Shown here one piece after another: positions 38,753 to 51,517 of a stretch of 64,000 nt of DNA. Origin of the DNA: Mobula hypostoma (taxonomy: Eukaryota); assembly GCF_963921235.1 (NCBI RefSeq), contig NC_086099.1, forward strand, positions 89,280,001 to 89,344,000, written 5' to 3'. The translations under genes and the position numbers were made by a program. A model generated the notes under the pieces. The model did not search any database, had not been told where the DNA came from, and worked only from the letters and a program-made list of their open reading frames with translations. How positions within the stretch are numbered: position 1 is the stretch's first letter; each line of letters opens with the position of its first letter.

Positions 38753-39987
38753 GTGAGAAAAAGCAGACAAGTTCAAAGCGATAGGCTTTGATGCTGCACT
38801 TGCATCAGGGGCACCACTCTGGCAGTCAGTGCTGTGCTGGCTAGTAATTTGCATCATAGGGAGAGGAGAAATGGATGCAAAGTATTCAAAGTATAGGGCA
38901 GGAGAAGGCAACAGAGGTTATGAATAGAAGTAAACTTGACCAGCTACATGAACAGCAGATCAGAGAACAGTATCTTGGGGCTCGCCTCCTGACCCTACAA
39001 AGCCTAATTCACATCTTCAAGCACTGGTCTGGAGTGGAGTGGAACATGGTCCATTTGCCTCGATAAGTTTATCTCCAATAATTCTAAAGCACAGTTCAGA
39101 ACAAAGGGCCTAGCTTGATTGGCAGCAGATTTCAGAATGGCCTGTGAACCCTTGAACAACACCTCACCATTCCACTATTTACTTGCACTATTTTTAAAAA
39201 GTTTTCACCACAGCTTACAGTATATTAATTTGCTGCCTGTCCAGGTACTCAACAACTTTTACAGCTAATGTCAGTGACAATAAACAGGAGTCTGATTCTG
39301 ATTTTAATTCTATTACTAACCAGCACAGACCGCAGTATCTAACCCCTACAAAATGCATGGCAATTATTTGACAAGATTACTTCAATAATACTTTCCAAGG
39401 CTCTAACTTTTATTACCAAGAAGGACAAAGGCATTTTGCTACCATATCTGCTCTGAACTGCTTATGTACTTGATGCATTCTGTAATATTCATAGGACAAG
39501 GTGATAAAACGGGAAAGTAAGAAGCCACAAAAGCATTATCCTTCCTACATATTTGCAGCGTTTATTCTGATGTGGTCATTTATGTGGACCAATGTCCTAA
39601 GATATCAAGTTATATGTAACTTCTTTGAAACTCCTCATTAAAAATATATCACTATTTTACTGGTTTTCAGAAAAAGGAAGCTTGTTACAGTGGAGAGAAA
39701 AACCTCCGGATATATGATTTGTACCACTTCTGTATACCGTCCTGTGTATTTGCCAGTTTAATACCCAGGTATTCCAAATGGTGGGCAGTTCTTTACTCTT
39801 GACCTTCTAGATACTAGAGTACCTGCAGGCAACATAGCCTATCCTATGTTTGGTTAATGACAAATTGCAAACTTTTCCGATGGTTCAGTGGCTATGATTC
39901 AGCACTCTTTGTGCTCTGACTCAGGTTCATTTCCTGAATGCTATTTTTAATCAAATCTAATTGAGTTTGTTAATGAGGTATACTAGT

Positions 39988-41332
39988 TGTTGTTGTTGTT
40001 TGTCCTTCATAGTCGAAGATGACCATGGCTTCAAAGTCAAATGGGAGATTGGTGGCTGTGTGTCCGGAGGTGACTGATGAGGCCAATCCGGGCCCTGAAG
40101 GCTTGCCCACATGTGGGACACAAGTGGGTGGGTGCTGTCGTGGCAGTGGATGCTGCTCGGGCCTTGCTCACAGCACGCTTTCGCTGCGCCTCGATGATGC
40201 GCCTGACTTTAGCTGCACGGACTCCTGTGGTGATCTTGCTGCGCCAAGCTGGATGGTTGAGGGCAATCGTCTCCCACGTGTTGATGTCGACACCCAGGCC
40301 TTTGAGGGACGCTTTAAGGCAGTCTTTGTAACGTTTCTTCTGCCCCCCCGACTGAGCGCTTGCCCTGACACAGTTCTCCGTATAGCAGCTGCTTAGGCAA
40401 TCGGCTGTCTGGCATTCTGACCACATGTCCAGCCCACCTGGCTTGGGCTTTCAGCAGGAAGGTGTAGACGCTGCAGAGCCCAGCTCGTTCCAGGATTTCC
40501 GTGTCGGGGACTTTGTCCTGCCACCTGATGCAGAGGAGTCTGCGGAGACAGCTCAGGTGAAAATGGTTGAGCTGTTTGGCGTGTAGACAGTCCAGGTCTT
40601 GCTGGCGTAAAGGAGGGTGGTAAGGACCACTGCACAGTAGACCTTCAGCTTGGTGGTAAGGCTGAGTCCTCTCCGCTCCCAGACGTTCTCACGGAGTCTC
40701 CCAAAGGCGGCGCTGGCTTTGGCAATCCTGTTGTTGACCTCAGCGTCTATATTCACTGCGCGAGAGAGTATGCTGCCCAGGTAGGTGAAGTTGTCGACTG
40801 CCTGGAGGTTCTGACCCTTCACCGTGATGCGCGGCTCCTGGTATAGCTTTCCTGGGGCAGGCTGGTACATAACTTCGGTCTTTTTGGTGCTGATAGTGAG
40901 ACCGAAGTTGTCGCAGGCTTGTGAGAAGCAGTCTATTTCACGCTGCATCTCCTGCTCTGTGCTGGCGTTGAGTGCGTAGTCATCAGCAAACAACAAGTCT
41001 CTGATGACAGTCTCTCGCACCTTTGTAACTGCCTGCAGGCGCCTAAGGTTGAACAACCTGCCGTCAGTCCTGTATCTGACGTGGATTCCTTCTTCGTAGT
41101 TACGGAAGGCATCTGTCAGCATGGCAGAGAATACCATACTGAACAGAGTCGGGGCAAGAACGCAGCCTTGTTTGATGCCATTTGTCACTGGGAAGGCCTC
41201 CGACTCGTCGCCGTCATCCAGAACTTTCACCATCATACCGTCGTGGAACTGCCGATGTCGACATCGGAACCGTACAAACCATTCCTCTTCTTAGTACTGA
41301 GTGGCTGCTGACGGCCACTCCCCACCCCGCGC
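39988..41332 (-). mobile_element. Young 5'-truncated RTE-clade LINE (RT C-terminal half and zinc finger)
   Basis: GIKQGCVLAPTLF, LLFADD, FTYLGS, terminal CPTC..LISHLRTH finger; (CAA)n tail; 11-bp TSD GGTATACTAGT at 39977-39987 and 41333-41343. Confidence 0.93.
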
Positions 41333-42000
41333 GGTATACTAGTACTCTGCTTAGCACTATTGTGCAGAATAGCGATTCCCTGAAGTGATGTTGGTCCTCC
41401 AGTCCAAACACTTGCAGGAATATACTTCTACATATTTAAAAAAAGAAATCTCTTCGGCCTATGAGCAGCTGTGCCAGGAACCTGGTCAAACCCCTACCCT
41501 CCGTTGACACTCCCCCAGTAATGAATTACCCCATGGCCTGCCTGTGAGGACTGCTGTTTAGTGGTCTAAAGTGAAATGTCGAGCTCAGTATTACAGTCTG
41601 ACCAGTTTGGATCACTGCCAGAGGTCTAACAGCACCTCACCATGTGTAGACAGACCACCTGGATCTTACTGCTCTCTCATCATCTCCTGTTGAATGCGAT
41701 AGAAGCTGCTTTCTCTCAGACTCTTCGTCTTCCCGCATGGCTATCTCCAGCCCAGAGATTTCTCCATGGTAACAAGCTCAACATGCAGCATCTCTGCACA
41801 GAACTGAGAGAAAATTTATTGCTAGATTTGTGCCATACACCTAGCATAGCAATGTATTGATGCACTGCAGCAGGAAGGGCATGAGTTTACACTTCGTTTC
41901 CATCGCAGCACATCGCTCCATATGTAAGTATAATGCTATAACCCATTTTGCCATTGATTTCATCAGGGTTCTTGCCTCAGTGTAACTGAAGGGGTTAAAA

Positions 42001-43458
42001 CATAGAAACATAGAAAACATACAGCACAATACAGACCCGTCGGCCCACAAAGCTGTGACGAACATGTCCCTACCTTAGAACTACCTAGGCTTTACCCATA
42101 GCCCTCTATTTTTCTAAGTTCCATGTACCCATCCAAGAGTCTCTTAAAAGACCCTATCGTTTCCTCCTCCACCACCGCCACCAGCAGCCCATTCCACACA
42201 CTCACCACTCTCTGCGTAAAAATCTTACCCCTGGCATCTCCTCTGTACCTACTTCCAAGCAGCTTAAAACTATGCCCTCTTGTGCTGGTCATTTCAGCCC
42301 TGGGGAAATGCCTCTGACTATCCACACGATCAATGCCTTTCGTTATCTTGTACACCTCTATCAAGTCACCTCTCATCCTCCATTGCTCCAAGGAGAAAAG
42401 GCCGAGTTCACTCAACCTATTCTCATAAGGCATGCTCCCCAATCCAGGCAACATTCTTGTAAATCTCCTCTGCACCCTTTCTATGATTTCCATGTCCTTC
42501 CTATAGTGAGGTGACCAGAACTGAGCACAGTACTCCAAGTGGGGTCTGACCAGGGTCCTATATAGCTGCAACATTACCTCTTGGCTCTTAAATTCAATCC
42601 CACGATTGAAGAAGGCCAATGCACCGTACGCCTTCTTAACCACAGAATCAAGCTGCGCTGCAGCGTTGAGTGTCCTATGGACTCGGACCACAAGATTCCT
42701 CTGATCCTCCACACTACCAATAGCCTTACCATTAATGTTATACTTTGTCATCATATTTGACCTACCAAAATGAACCACATCACACTTATCTGGGTTGAAC
42801 TCCATCTGCCACTTCTCAGCCCAGTTTTGCATCCTATCAATGTCCCGCTGTAACCTCTGACAGCCCTCCACACCATCCACAACACCCCCAACCTTTGTGT
42901 CATTAGAAAATTTACTAACCCATCCTTCCACTTCCTCATCCAGGTCATTTATAAAAATCACAAAGAGAAGGGGTCCCAGAGGTCACCGGCCTCCATGCAG
43001 AATATGACCCATCTGCAACTACACTTTGCCGTCTGTGGGCAAGCCAATTCTGGATCCACAAAGCAAGGTCCCCTTGGATCCCATACCTCCTTACTTTCTC
43101 AATAAGCCTTGCATGGGGCACCTTATCAAATACCTTGCTAAAATCCATATACACTACGTCTACAGCTCTACCTTCATCAATGTGCTTAGTCACATCCTCA
43201 AAAAATTCAATCAGACTCGTAAGGCACGACCTGCCTTTGACAAAGCCATGCTGACTATTCCTAATCATATTATGCCTCTCCAAGTGTTCACACATCCTGC
43301 CTCTCAGGATCTTCTCCATCAAATTACCAACCACTGAAGAAAGACTCGCTGGTCTATAATTGCCTGGGCTATCCCTACTCCCTTTCTTGAATAAGGGAAG
43401 AAAATCCACAACCCTCCAATCCTCCAGAACCTCTCCCGCCCTCATTGATGATGCAAAG
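42001..43458 (-). mobile_element. 5'-truncated CR1 LINE
   Basis: ORFs 42945-43445 and 42092-42961; deletion removes PQGSV; FADD reads FSND; (TTTCTATG)n tail. Confidence 0.93.
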
Positions 43459-43629
43459 TTGATGAGAGCAGTTTAGTTAATGATGTGCCTGTGAATTTAC
43501 AAAATGGAGAAATTTACAGGATGGATGTCAGCACATTTGAAACCCCATTAAATTAATGGGGCAGTATGTGGATGCAAAATTGGCAAAGAAACAGGACTGT
43601 TATTGTGAACCATTATAACTTCTTATATA

Positions 43630-44835
43630 CTCTCAGTGGCACTTTATTAGGTACATGAGTAGAACCTGGTGTGGCCTTCAGCTGCTACAGCCCATCCATT
43701 TCAAGGTCTGACGTGTATTCAGAGATCCTCTTCTGCACTTCACTATTGTAATGTGTGGTTAGTTGAGTTACAGTCACTTTCCTGTCAGCTTGAACCAGTC
43801 TGGCATTTCTTCTCTGACCTCTGTCATTAAGAAGGCATTTTCACCCACAGGACTGCCACTCGTAGAACATAGAATAGTACAGCACAGTACAGGCCCTTTG
43901 GCCCACAATGTTGTGCCGACACTCAAACCCTGCCTCCCATATAAACCCCCACCTTAAATTCCTCCATATACCTGTCTAGTAGTCTCTTAAACTTCACTAG
44001 TGTATCTGCCTCCACCACTGACTCAGGCAGTGCATTCCACGCACCAACCACTCTCTGAGTAAAAAACCTTCCTCTAATATCTCCCTTGAACTTCCCACCC
44101 GTTACCTTAAAGCCATGTCTTTTTGTATTGAGCAGTGGTGCCCTGGGGAAGAGGCGCTGGCTATCCACTCTATCTATTCCTCTTATTATCTTGTACACCT
44201 CTATCATGTCTCCTCTCATCCTCCTTCTCTCCAAAGAGTAAAGCCCTAGCTCCCTTAATCTCTGATCATAATGCATACTCTCTAAACCAGGCAACATCCT
44301 GGTAAACCTCCTCTGTACCCTTTCCAGTGCTTCCACATCCTTCCTATAGTGAGGCGACCAGAACTGGACACAGTACTCCAAGTGTGGCCTAATCAGAGTT
44401 TTATAGAGCTGCATCATTACCTCGCGACTCTTAAACTCTATCCCTTGACTTATGAAAGCTAACACCCCATAAGATTTCTTAACTACCCTATCCACCTGTG
44501 ATAATTTGATTTACAGCTTTTTTTATTAACTCATTGGATGTTCTTTGTTTTTTGCACCATTCTCTAATCTCTAGAGACTGTTGTGTGTGAAAATGCCAGG
44601 AGATCAGCAGTTTCTGAGATACTCAAACCACCCCATCTGTCACCAACAGTCATTTCACAGTGAAAGTCACTTAGATCACATTTCTTCCTCATTCTGATAT
44701 TTGGTCTGAACAACAACTGAACCTTTTGACCACGTCTGCATTGAGTTGCCACCACATGATTGGCTAATTAGATGTTTGTATTAATGATCAGGTGTACATG
44801 TGTCCATGTGTCCCGAATAAAGTGTCCACTGAGTG
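43630..44835 (-). mobile_element. Non-autonomous Tc1/mariner element interrupted by a CR1
   Basis: TA-flanked TIRs of the CACTCAGTGGCCACTTTATTAGG type at both ends; transposase N-terminus MRKKCDLSDF..GLSISETADLLAFSHTTVSR. Confidence 0.85.
43862..44500 (-). mobile_element. Young CR1 3' fragment inserted in the Tc1 element
   Basis: Open ORF 43923-44495 (190 aa CR1 C-terminus) and CTATTCTATGTTCTA tail. Confidence 0.93.
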
Positions 44836-45899
44836 TATTGTATATTCAAGAGCTGGTGCATAAGTATACAGTTTGTATATAAAATATGCAAATATAGAAA
44901 GAGTGAATAGTTTAGTAACTATTCTGAGACTAAGCTGAAAAGTCATGTCAGAGTAAATAAAATGCAATGAAATGTAAAATGATTTACTTTGGTAATAAGA
45001 CAGAGAACCACAGTATAAACTAAATTGTTCAAATACAAGATCATGAATGGTTTTGAGAGAGAAAAGAAGGAAGATGTCTTTCCAGTGGTAGAGGGTTAAT
45101 AACAAAAGCTGTAAATCAAAAAAGAAGAACCAGTAGCAATGCGAAGAAACCTTTTCTGGATCAAGTTATTAAGCTCTGAATGCACTGCAGGAAGGCATGC
45201 TGAGGAGGATTCAATATGAGTGAACAAAAAGGAACTGGATATATCTGTGAATTGAGAAAAAAATCTGCAGGCTAGAGAAGGAGAAAAAGAGGAAGAGACA
45301 AATTTGCTAATTCTACCCACAAGCTGACATAAGGACAATAAAACTTCTGAAGAGGAATGATCTCCTTTTCTGCATAGGTCTATAATTCTGTGTAGACGTA
45401 ATGGGGTGGAAGATGTCATCTAATGAGTTGTGTCCTTGTGAGTAGAAGTTTCCAAAGAAGTTCTAAGTGGAGAAAATGGAAGGGAAGTGGAAGACTTCCA
45501 CTTCATGGATAGTATCACATTGATTTTTAAAAACTTTTTGTTAGGTTGTTGACTTGCTCCTACAACGACCTACACAGTAGCTCATTACACCCACACATCT
45601 TGCAATGCAAAGCTGCTTCATTGGTAGTGGCAAAAGTTCAGCAGTCAACACAATTTACATAGGTTTCACAGGGATTTGTGTTTTTGCCTATACTTCTTGG
45701 AGGAGGAAGCATTGATATTCAATGCGGGCTAAATATCAACCGGGTCATCTTTAGTGTAAAATATCAAGCACCATGTCATATACATGCAAAAAAAAAGAGT
45801 TGCTAGAGGAATTCTGTGGGTCGGCCAGTGTCTGTAGAGGAAAATAGATAGTTGGCATTTCAGGTTATGATCCTTTATCTGGAATACCACAGTTCATTC

Positions 45900-46450
45900 A
45901 CTGACCATGGGATTGAGTATAAAAATTAGCAGGTCATTTGCAGCTGTATAAACCTTTGCTTAGGTCACCTTTGAGAAACTGTGCGCAGTTTACAGTACAG
46001 GAAAGATATGGAGACTTTGGAAAGGATACATAAGAGGTTCACCAGCTAGTTGGATGGATTGGAGAGTATTAGCAACAAGGAAAGGTTGGAGAACCTTGAA
46101 ATGTTTTTACTAGAGCGGATGAGTGACCTATTAAAAGTGTTTAAAATAATGAAAGGAATAGGTAGGATAGATGGTTAGTATCTTGTATCCGGAAAAGAAA
46201 TGTCAAATGCTGGAGGGTATGGGAGACACAAGAGACTGGAAGTTGGCGCAATACACAAGGTGCTGGAGGAGTTCAGTGTATCAGACAATATTTATGGAGA
46301 GAATTGGATGGTTTACATTTTGGGTTGAATCGCCTCATCTGCATCATTTCCTTCCATGGTTTCCTGACCTGCTAAGTTCCTCCAAGGCTTTGTTTTGCAT
46401 TAGAGTGTATAGGTTTAACGTGAGAAAGTGATTGTTTCAAGGAGATTTAC
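45900..46450 (+). mobile_element. Degraded CR1 3' fragment containing a short Penelope-terminus hairpin element (about 46220-46398)
   Basis: GIEYK..QLYKPLLRSP..LERIHKRFT; insert with GTGCTGGAGGAGTTCAG / CTAAGTTCCTCCAAGG inverted PLE-type ends. Confidence 0.65.
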
Positions 46451-47752
46451 AAAGTGAGAGTGAGCGAGAGCGAGAGAGAGAGGGAGAGGATGATAAAATG
46501 ATACAAGGGATTTCTCTCCTAAGCACCTCTGAATGTGACTTCACCACAGGCCTGATTTTCAAACTTGCATTGTTCTGTCTTCTAATACCCACCAAATCTT
46601 GCTGTGACCCTGAAAACGTCACCTATCACTTGACTACTAATTTTCCAACTACCCTACTCTGATTATAGCTTTGGGCAAAACCATCTCAGATCTTGGCGAT
46701 TGCCTCCATCTTCCTCTTTATCATCCCCTTCGAGTAATCTCCTCTTAGTCTGATTGTATTTGATTACTGAAGCAACTTCATGCCTCAATTTGAGGGAGCT
46801 TCCGGACCTCTTCTATAGAAAGCAGCAGTTTCAATCATTAGGTGCTACCAGATCTCTGTTTTAATAACGTTGAAACTAGATGCCTAATTTCATCCCTTCC
46901 ATAGATGAGCTGGGTCTATTGTGTAGTTGGTGCCCACTTACTTTCCTTTGTTACTATCCTACCTCCTCTGGATGTAATGTCTGAAAACTTCAGCTTGAGT
47001 TAATCTTTCTGAAGGAAAAGCATTGCAGAGTGTCTCATTTCATTACACAATGAAAGGATAGCTACTCATGTAAAGCATGTGTGGAGTTTAAGAATTGCAC
47101 TTCCAGTACCCGCACGATCATCCATGCAGAGATGCTTGTTTTGTTTGCAGCAACTAAATTTCCACTGTTGCTTTGCTGACTTTTTTTTAACACCCTGTGG
47201 CTTCCTGTCCTCAGGGGTAAGATTTACTGCGCAGTTAATATAGAGAGTGGTCAGCTGTTCTCCACAACTACACATCACTATTTTGAAAAAAAAACAGCGT
47301 CAGTTTCGTAAAGGCAATATTAAACTACTCACATGGTCTCTAGAGCAATAGAGACTGAGTTATTTTGTGACTTGAACTGTTGCCAATGACGTCAAACAAA
47401 CTCAGTTATGCTGATTGTGAATAACATTAAAACAAGTTTATCATTTAGCTACACACATTTCATCCTTTAAAGTGTTGTGTTATCAGTCAACATCTCAGAT
47501 ATGCAGGACTTAACTTGGCCAAAATTTGCTCTCAACTGACGTTGAAGGTGTTCACCATCTATTTATTTGTAAGTGGCAAAGCAACTTCATGAAAGTTGAT
47601 GACAGGTGAATGAGTGTTAGTTCCAAAACCTGCTCTCATTTAGGTCATTCTGTCATTAGCTTTGTGGAACAGCACCCTACTTTCTGGTGCACTGCTGAAA
47701 TGCTGAATGGCACAAAACACATCAGTTTATTTGCATCAACATTTGCACAATT

Positions 47753-48468
47753 CTTTCTTTTTAAATCTTTTTATTGAGTAAGTATACAAAAGGTAAACCA
47801 TAAAGGCACTAATACACTGTTAGAAATTACAGGAGATATTAATACAAAAGAAAAAATTGATACAAACAGTGCAATTTAAACATAAAATAATATGGTAAAA
47901 TAATAGTATACTAATTTTTATATATATATATCAATAGAGAAAAGGAAAAAAAAACCCAAAAAAAGACCCCAAAAAAAATCCCACCGTGCAACTAAACTAA
48001 AAGCAAAGCAAAGCAATGGGCTAACTTGGAAACAGGTAGAGTTAAAGAACTTAAAATCACGTCCTCAAACCTGACCTCCATTAAAAACAGTTTAAAAAAA
48101 GGCAAGAAGGGAATATAAATATGGAACAAAAGAGAAAAAAAATTACATTAAATGAAAATATTGAATAAAAGATCTCCAGGTCTGTTCAAATTTAAGTGAG
48201 GAATCATAAAGATTGCTTCTAATTTTCTCCAAATTTAAGCATAATATCATCTGGGAAAACCAAAAAAAGGTAGTTGGAACATTAGGCTCTTTCCAATGTT
48301 GTAAGATACATCTTTTCGCCATTAAAGTAAGAAATGCAATCATTCTACGGGCTGAAGGGGAAAGATTACTGGAAATTTTAGGTAATCCAAAGATAGCAGT
48401 AATAGGATGAGGAGAGATATCTATATTCAATACCTTTGAGATAATATTAAAAATGTCTCTCCAAAAAG
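47753..48468 (-). mobile_element. L1/Tx1-clade LINE 3' end
   Basis: ORF2 C-terminus FWRDIF..AKRCILQHWK..LNLEKIR..FEQTWRSFIQYF; (AAAG) tail; 15-bp TSD AACATTTGCACAATT at 47738-47752 and 48469-48483. Confidence 0.92.
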
Positions 48469-48504
48469 AACATTTGCACAATTGATGCAAATTAATCAAC
48501 ACAA

Positions 48505-48848
48505 GACTAAAGAAACAGGAATGGGCCACTAGACTTGTCAACTCTTTGTTGCTAATCTATGCTTGCCTTATTTTGTGCTGGTTCCACATTGCCATCAATT
48601 TCTCAAGCTTTCAAGTACATACCCATTTTTACATTAAATAAATCGAATGATCTGGACTCCACCGCCTTTAGTTTTAAAGGACCAATCTCTAATTTTGTAG
48701 CCATGACCCTTTGTAACTCTCCTACTAATGGAAACATCTCAACATCTGGTCTATCAAGCCTTAGGATCTTATGTGTGTGAATCAGTTCACCTTTCATTCT
48801 TCTAAATTCCAAGAAATATAGACCCAAAACAGTCTAGACTCTCTTACA
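48505..48848 (-). mobile_element. Old CR1 3' end
   Basis: GLYFLEFRRMKGELIHTHKILRLDR. Confidence 0.75.
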
Positions 48849-48875
48849 AGAATCAGAATCGGAATCAGATTTACT

Positions 48876-51011
48876 ATAGAAACATAGAAAACCTGCAGCG
48901 CAATACAGGCCCAAAGCTGTGCCAAACATGTCCTCACCTGAGAAATTACCTAGGGTTACCCATAGTCCTCTATTTTTCTAAGCTCCATATACCTGTCCTG
49001 GAGTCTGTTACCCTGTCGTTTCTGCCTCCACCACTGTCACCAGCAACCCATTCCACGGACTCACCATTCTCTGCATAAAAAACTCACTCCTGATATCTCC
49101 TCTGTACCTACTTCCAAGCACCTACCTTACAACTATGACCTCGTGCTAGCCATTTCAGCCCTGGGAAAAAACATCTGACTGTCCACATGATGAAAGCCTC
49201 TCATCATCTTAAAAAAGGAGGGAGAGAGAAACCGGGGAATTATAGACCGGTTAGCCTAACGTCGGTGGTGGGGAAACTGCTGGAGTCAGTTATCAAGGAT
49301 GTGATAACAGCACATTTGGAAAGCGGTGAAATGATCGGACAAAGTCAGCATGGATTTGTGAAAGGAAAATCATGTCTGACGAATCTCATAGAATTTTTTG
49401 AGGATGTAACTAGTAGAGTGGATAGGGGAGAACCAGTGGATGTGGTATATTTGGATTTTCAAAAGGCTTTTGACAAGGTCCCACACAGGAGATTAGTGTG
49501 CAAACTTAAAGCACACGTTATTGGGGGTAAGGTATTGGTGTGGGTGGAGAATTGGTTAGCAGACAGGAAGCAAAGAGTGGGAATAAACGGGACCTTTTCA
49601 GAACGGCAGGCGGTGACTAGTGGGGTACCGCAAGGCTCAGTGCTGGGACCCCAGTTGTTTACAATATATATTAATGACTTGGATGAGGGAATTAAATGCA
49701 GCATCTCTAAGTTTGCGGATGACACGAAGCTGGGTGGCAGTGTTAGCAGTGAGGAGGATGCTAAGAGGATGCAGGGTGACTTGGATAGGTTGGGTGAGTG
49801 GGCAAACTCATGGCAGATGCAATTTAATGTGGATAAATGTGAAGTTATCCACTTTGGTGGCAAAAATAGGAAAACAGATTATTATCTGAATGGTGGCCGA
49901 TTAGGAAAAGGGGAGGTGCAACGAGACCTGGGTGTCATTATACACCAGTCATTGAAAGTGGGCATGCAGGTACAGCAGGCGGTGAAAAAGGCGAATGGTA
50001 TGCTGGCATTTATAGCGAGAGGATTCGAGTACAGGAGCAGGGAGGTACTACTGCAGTTGTACAAGGCCTTGGTGAGACCACACCTGGAGTATTGTGTGCA
50101 GTTTTGGTCCCCTAATCTGAGGAAAGACATCTTTGCCATAGAGGGAGTACAAAGAAGGTTCACCAGATTGATTCCTGGGATGGCAGGACTTTCATATGAA
50201 GAAAGACTGGATGAACTGGGCTTGTACTCGTTGGAATTTAGAAGATTGAGGGGGGATCTGATTGAAACATATAAGATCCTAAAGGGATTGGACAGGCTAG
50301 ATGCAGGAAGATTGTTCCCGATGTTGGGGAAGTCCAGAACGAGGGGTCACAGTTTGAGGATAGAGGGGAAGGCTTTTAGGACCGAGATTAGGAAAAACTT
50401 CTTCACACAGAGAGTGGTGAATCTGTGGAATTCTCTGCCACAGCAAACTGTTGAGGCCAGTTCATTGGCTATGTTTAAGAGGGAGTTAGATATGGCCCTT
50501 GTGGCTATGGGGGTCAGGGGGTATGAAGGGAAGGCTGGGGCGGGGTTCTGAGTTGGATGATCAGCCATGATCATAATAAATGGCGGTGCAGGCTCGAAGG
50601 GCCGAATGGCCTACTCCTGCACCTATTTTCTATGTTTCTATGTTTCTATACCTCTATTAGGTCACCTCTTATCCTCCGTTGCTCCAAGGAAAAAAGGTCG
50701 AGTTTACTCAACCTATTCTCATAAGGCATCCTCCCCAATCCAGGCAACATCCTTGTAAATCTCCTCTGCACCCTTTCTATGGTTTCCACATCCTTCCTAT
50801 AGTGAGGTGACCAGAACTGAGCACAGTACTCCAAGTGGGGTCTGATCAGGGTCCTATATAGCTGCAACATTACCTCTTGGCTCCTAAACTCAATCCCACG
50901 ATTGATGAAGGCTAATGCACCTTATGACTTCTTAACCCCAGAATCAACCTGCGCAGCAGCTTTGAGTGTTCTGTGGGCTTGGACCCCAAGATCCCTCTGA
51001 TCCTCCACACT
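48876..51011 (-). mobile_element. CR1 3' fragment split by the sense CR1 at 49207-50648
   Basis: ORF 50646-50870 ends at GDLIEV and continues left of 49210; same family as 42001-43458. Confidence 0.88.
49207..50648 (+). mobile_element. Very young 5'-truncated CR1 with uninterrupted RT and C-terminal frame
   Basis: Open frame to 50551 with NYRPVSLTS, SQHGF, PQGSVLGP, SKFADDTK; stem-loop 3' UTR and (TTTCTATG)n tail. Confidence 0.95.
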
Positions 51012-51517
51012 GATTAGATAGTGTGAAATTTGTCGTTTTGTAGCAACAGTACAATGCAAAGACATAAGTTACTATTAATTACCAAATAAATATATAGTGC
51101 AAAAAGGAATAATTGAATAACAAGGTAGTGTTCATAAACTGTTTGTAAATCTGATGGCAGAGGGAAAAAAGCTGTTCCTGAATTGTTGAGTATGTGTCTT
51201 CAGGCTCCTCTACTTCTCTCTGATGGCAATAATGAGAAGAGGTCCTTAGTGATGATTTTCACCTTCTTCAGGAACTGTCTCTTGAAGATGTCCTCGATAG
51301 TGGAAAAGGTTGTGCCCGTGATAGAGCGGGCTAAATTTACAGCCCTCTGCAGCCTCCAGCAATCCCATGCATTGGACTTCCATAGTATCAACCAGTCTGA
51401 ATGCTTGCCACCATACATCCATAGAAATTTGTAAGAGTCTTTGGTAACATAAACAATCTCCTTTAACTCCTAATGAAGTAGAATTGCTGACAAGCGTTCT
51501 TTATGATTACATAACAC

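Noticed and set aside
39671-39768. Possible exon after GGTTTTCAG
   Set aside because: Weak donor GTATTC and unrecognisable peptide
41280-41305. Resemblance to the 28S rRNA sarcin-ricin loop on the minus strand (CTCAGTAC..GAGGAA)
   Set aside because: The match is short and gapped; the invariant AGTACGAGAGGA is absent
45850-46340. Further hammerhead motifs in old Penelope termini (also near 9860 and 26950)
   Set aside because: The CUGANGA/GAAA cores are mutated, so they cannot be supported as ribozymes
47383-47394. CCAAT overlapping a perfect CRE (TGACGTCA)
   Set aside because: A single 8-mer is expected by chance in 64 kb, and there is no CpG island or promoter context
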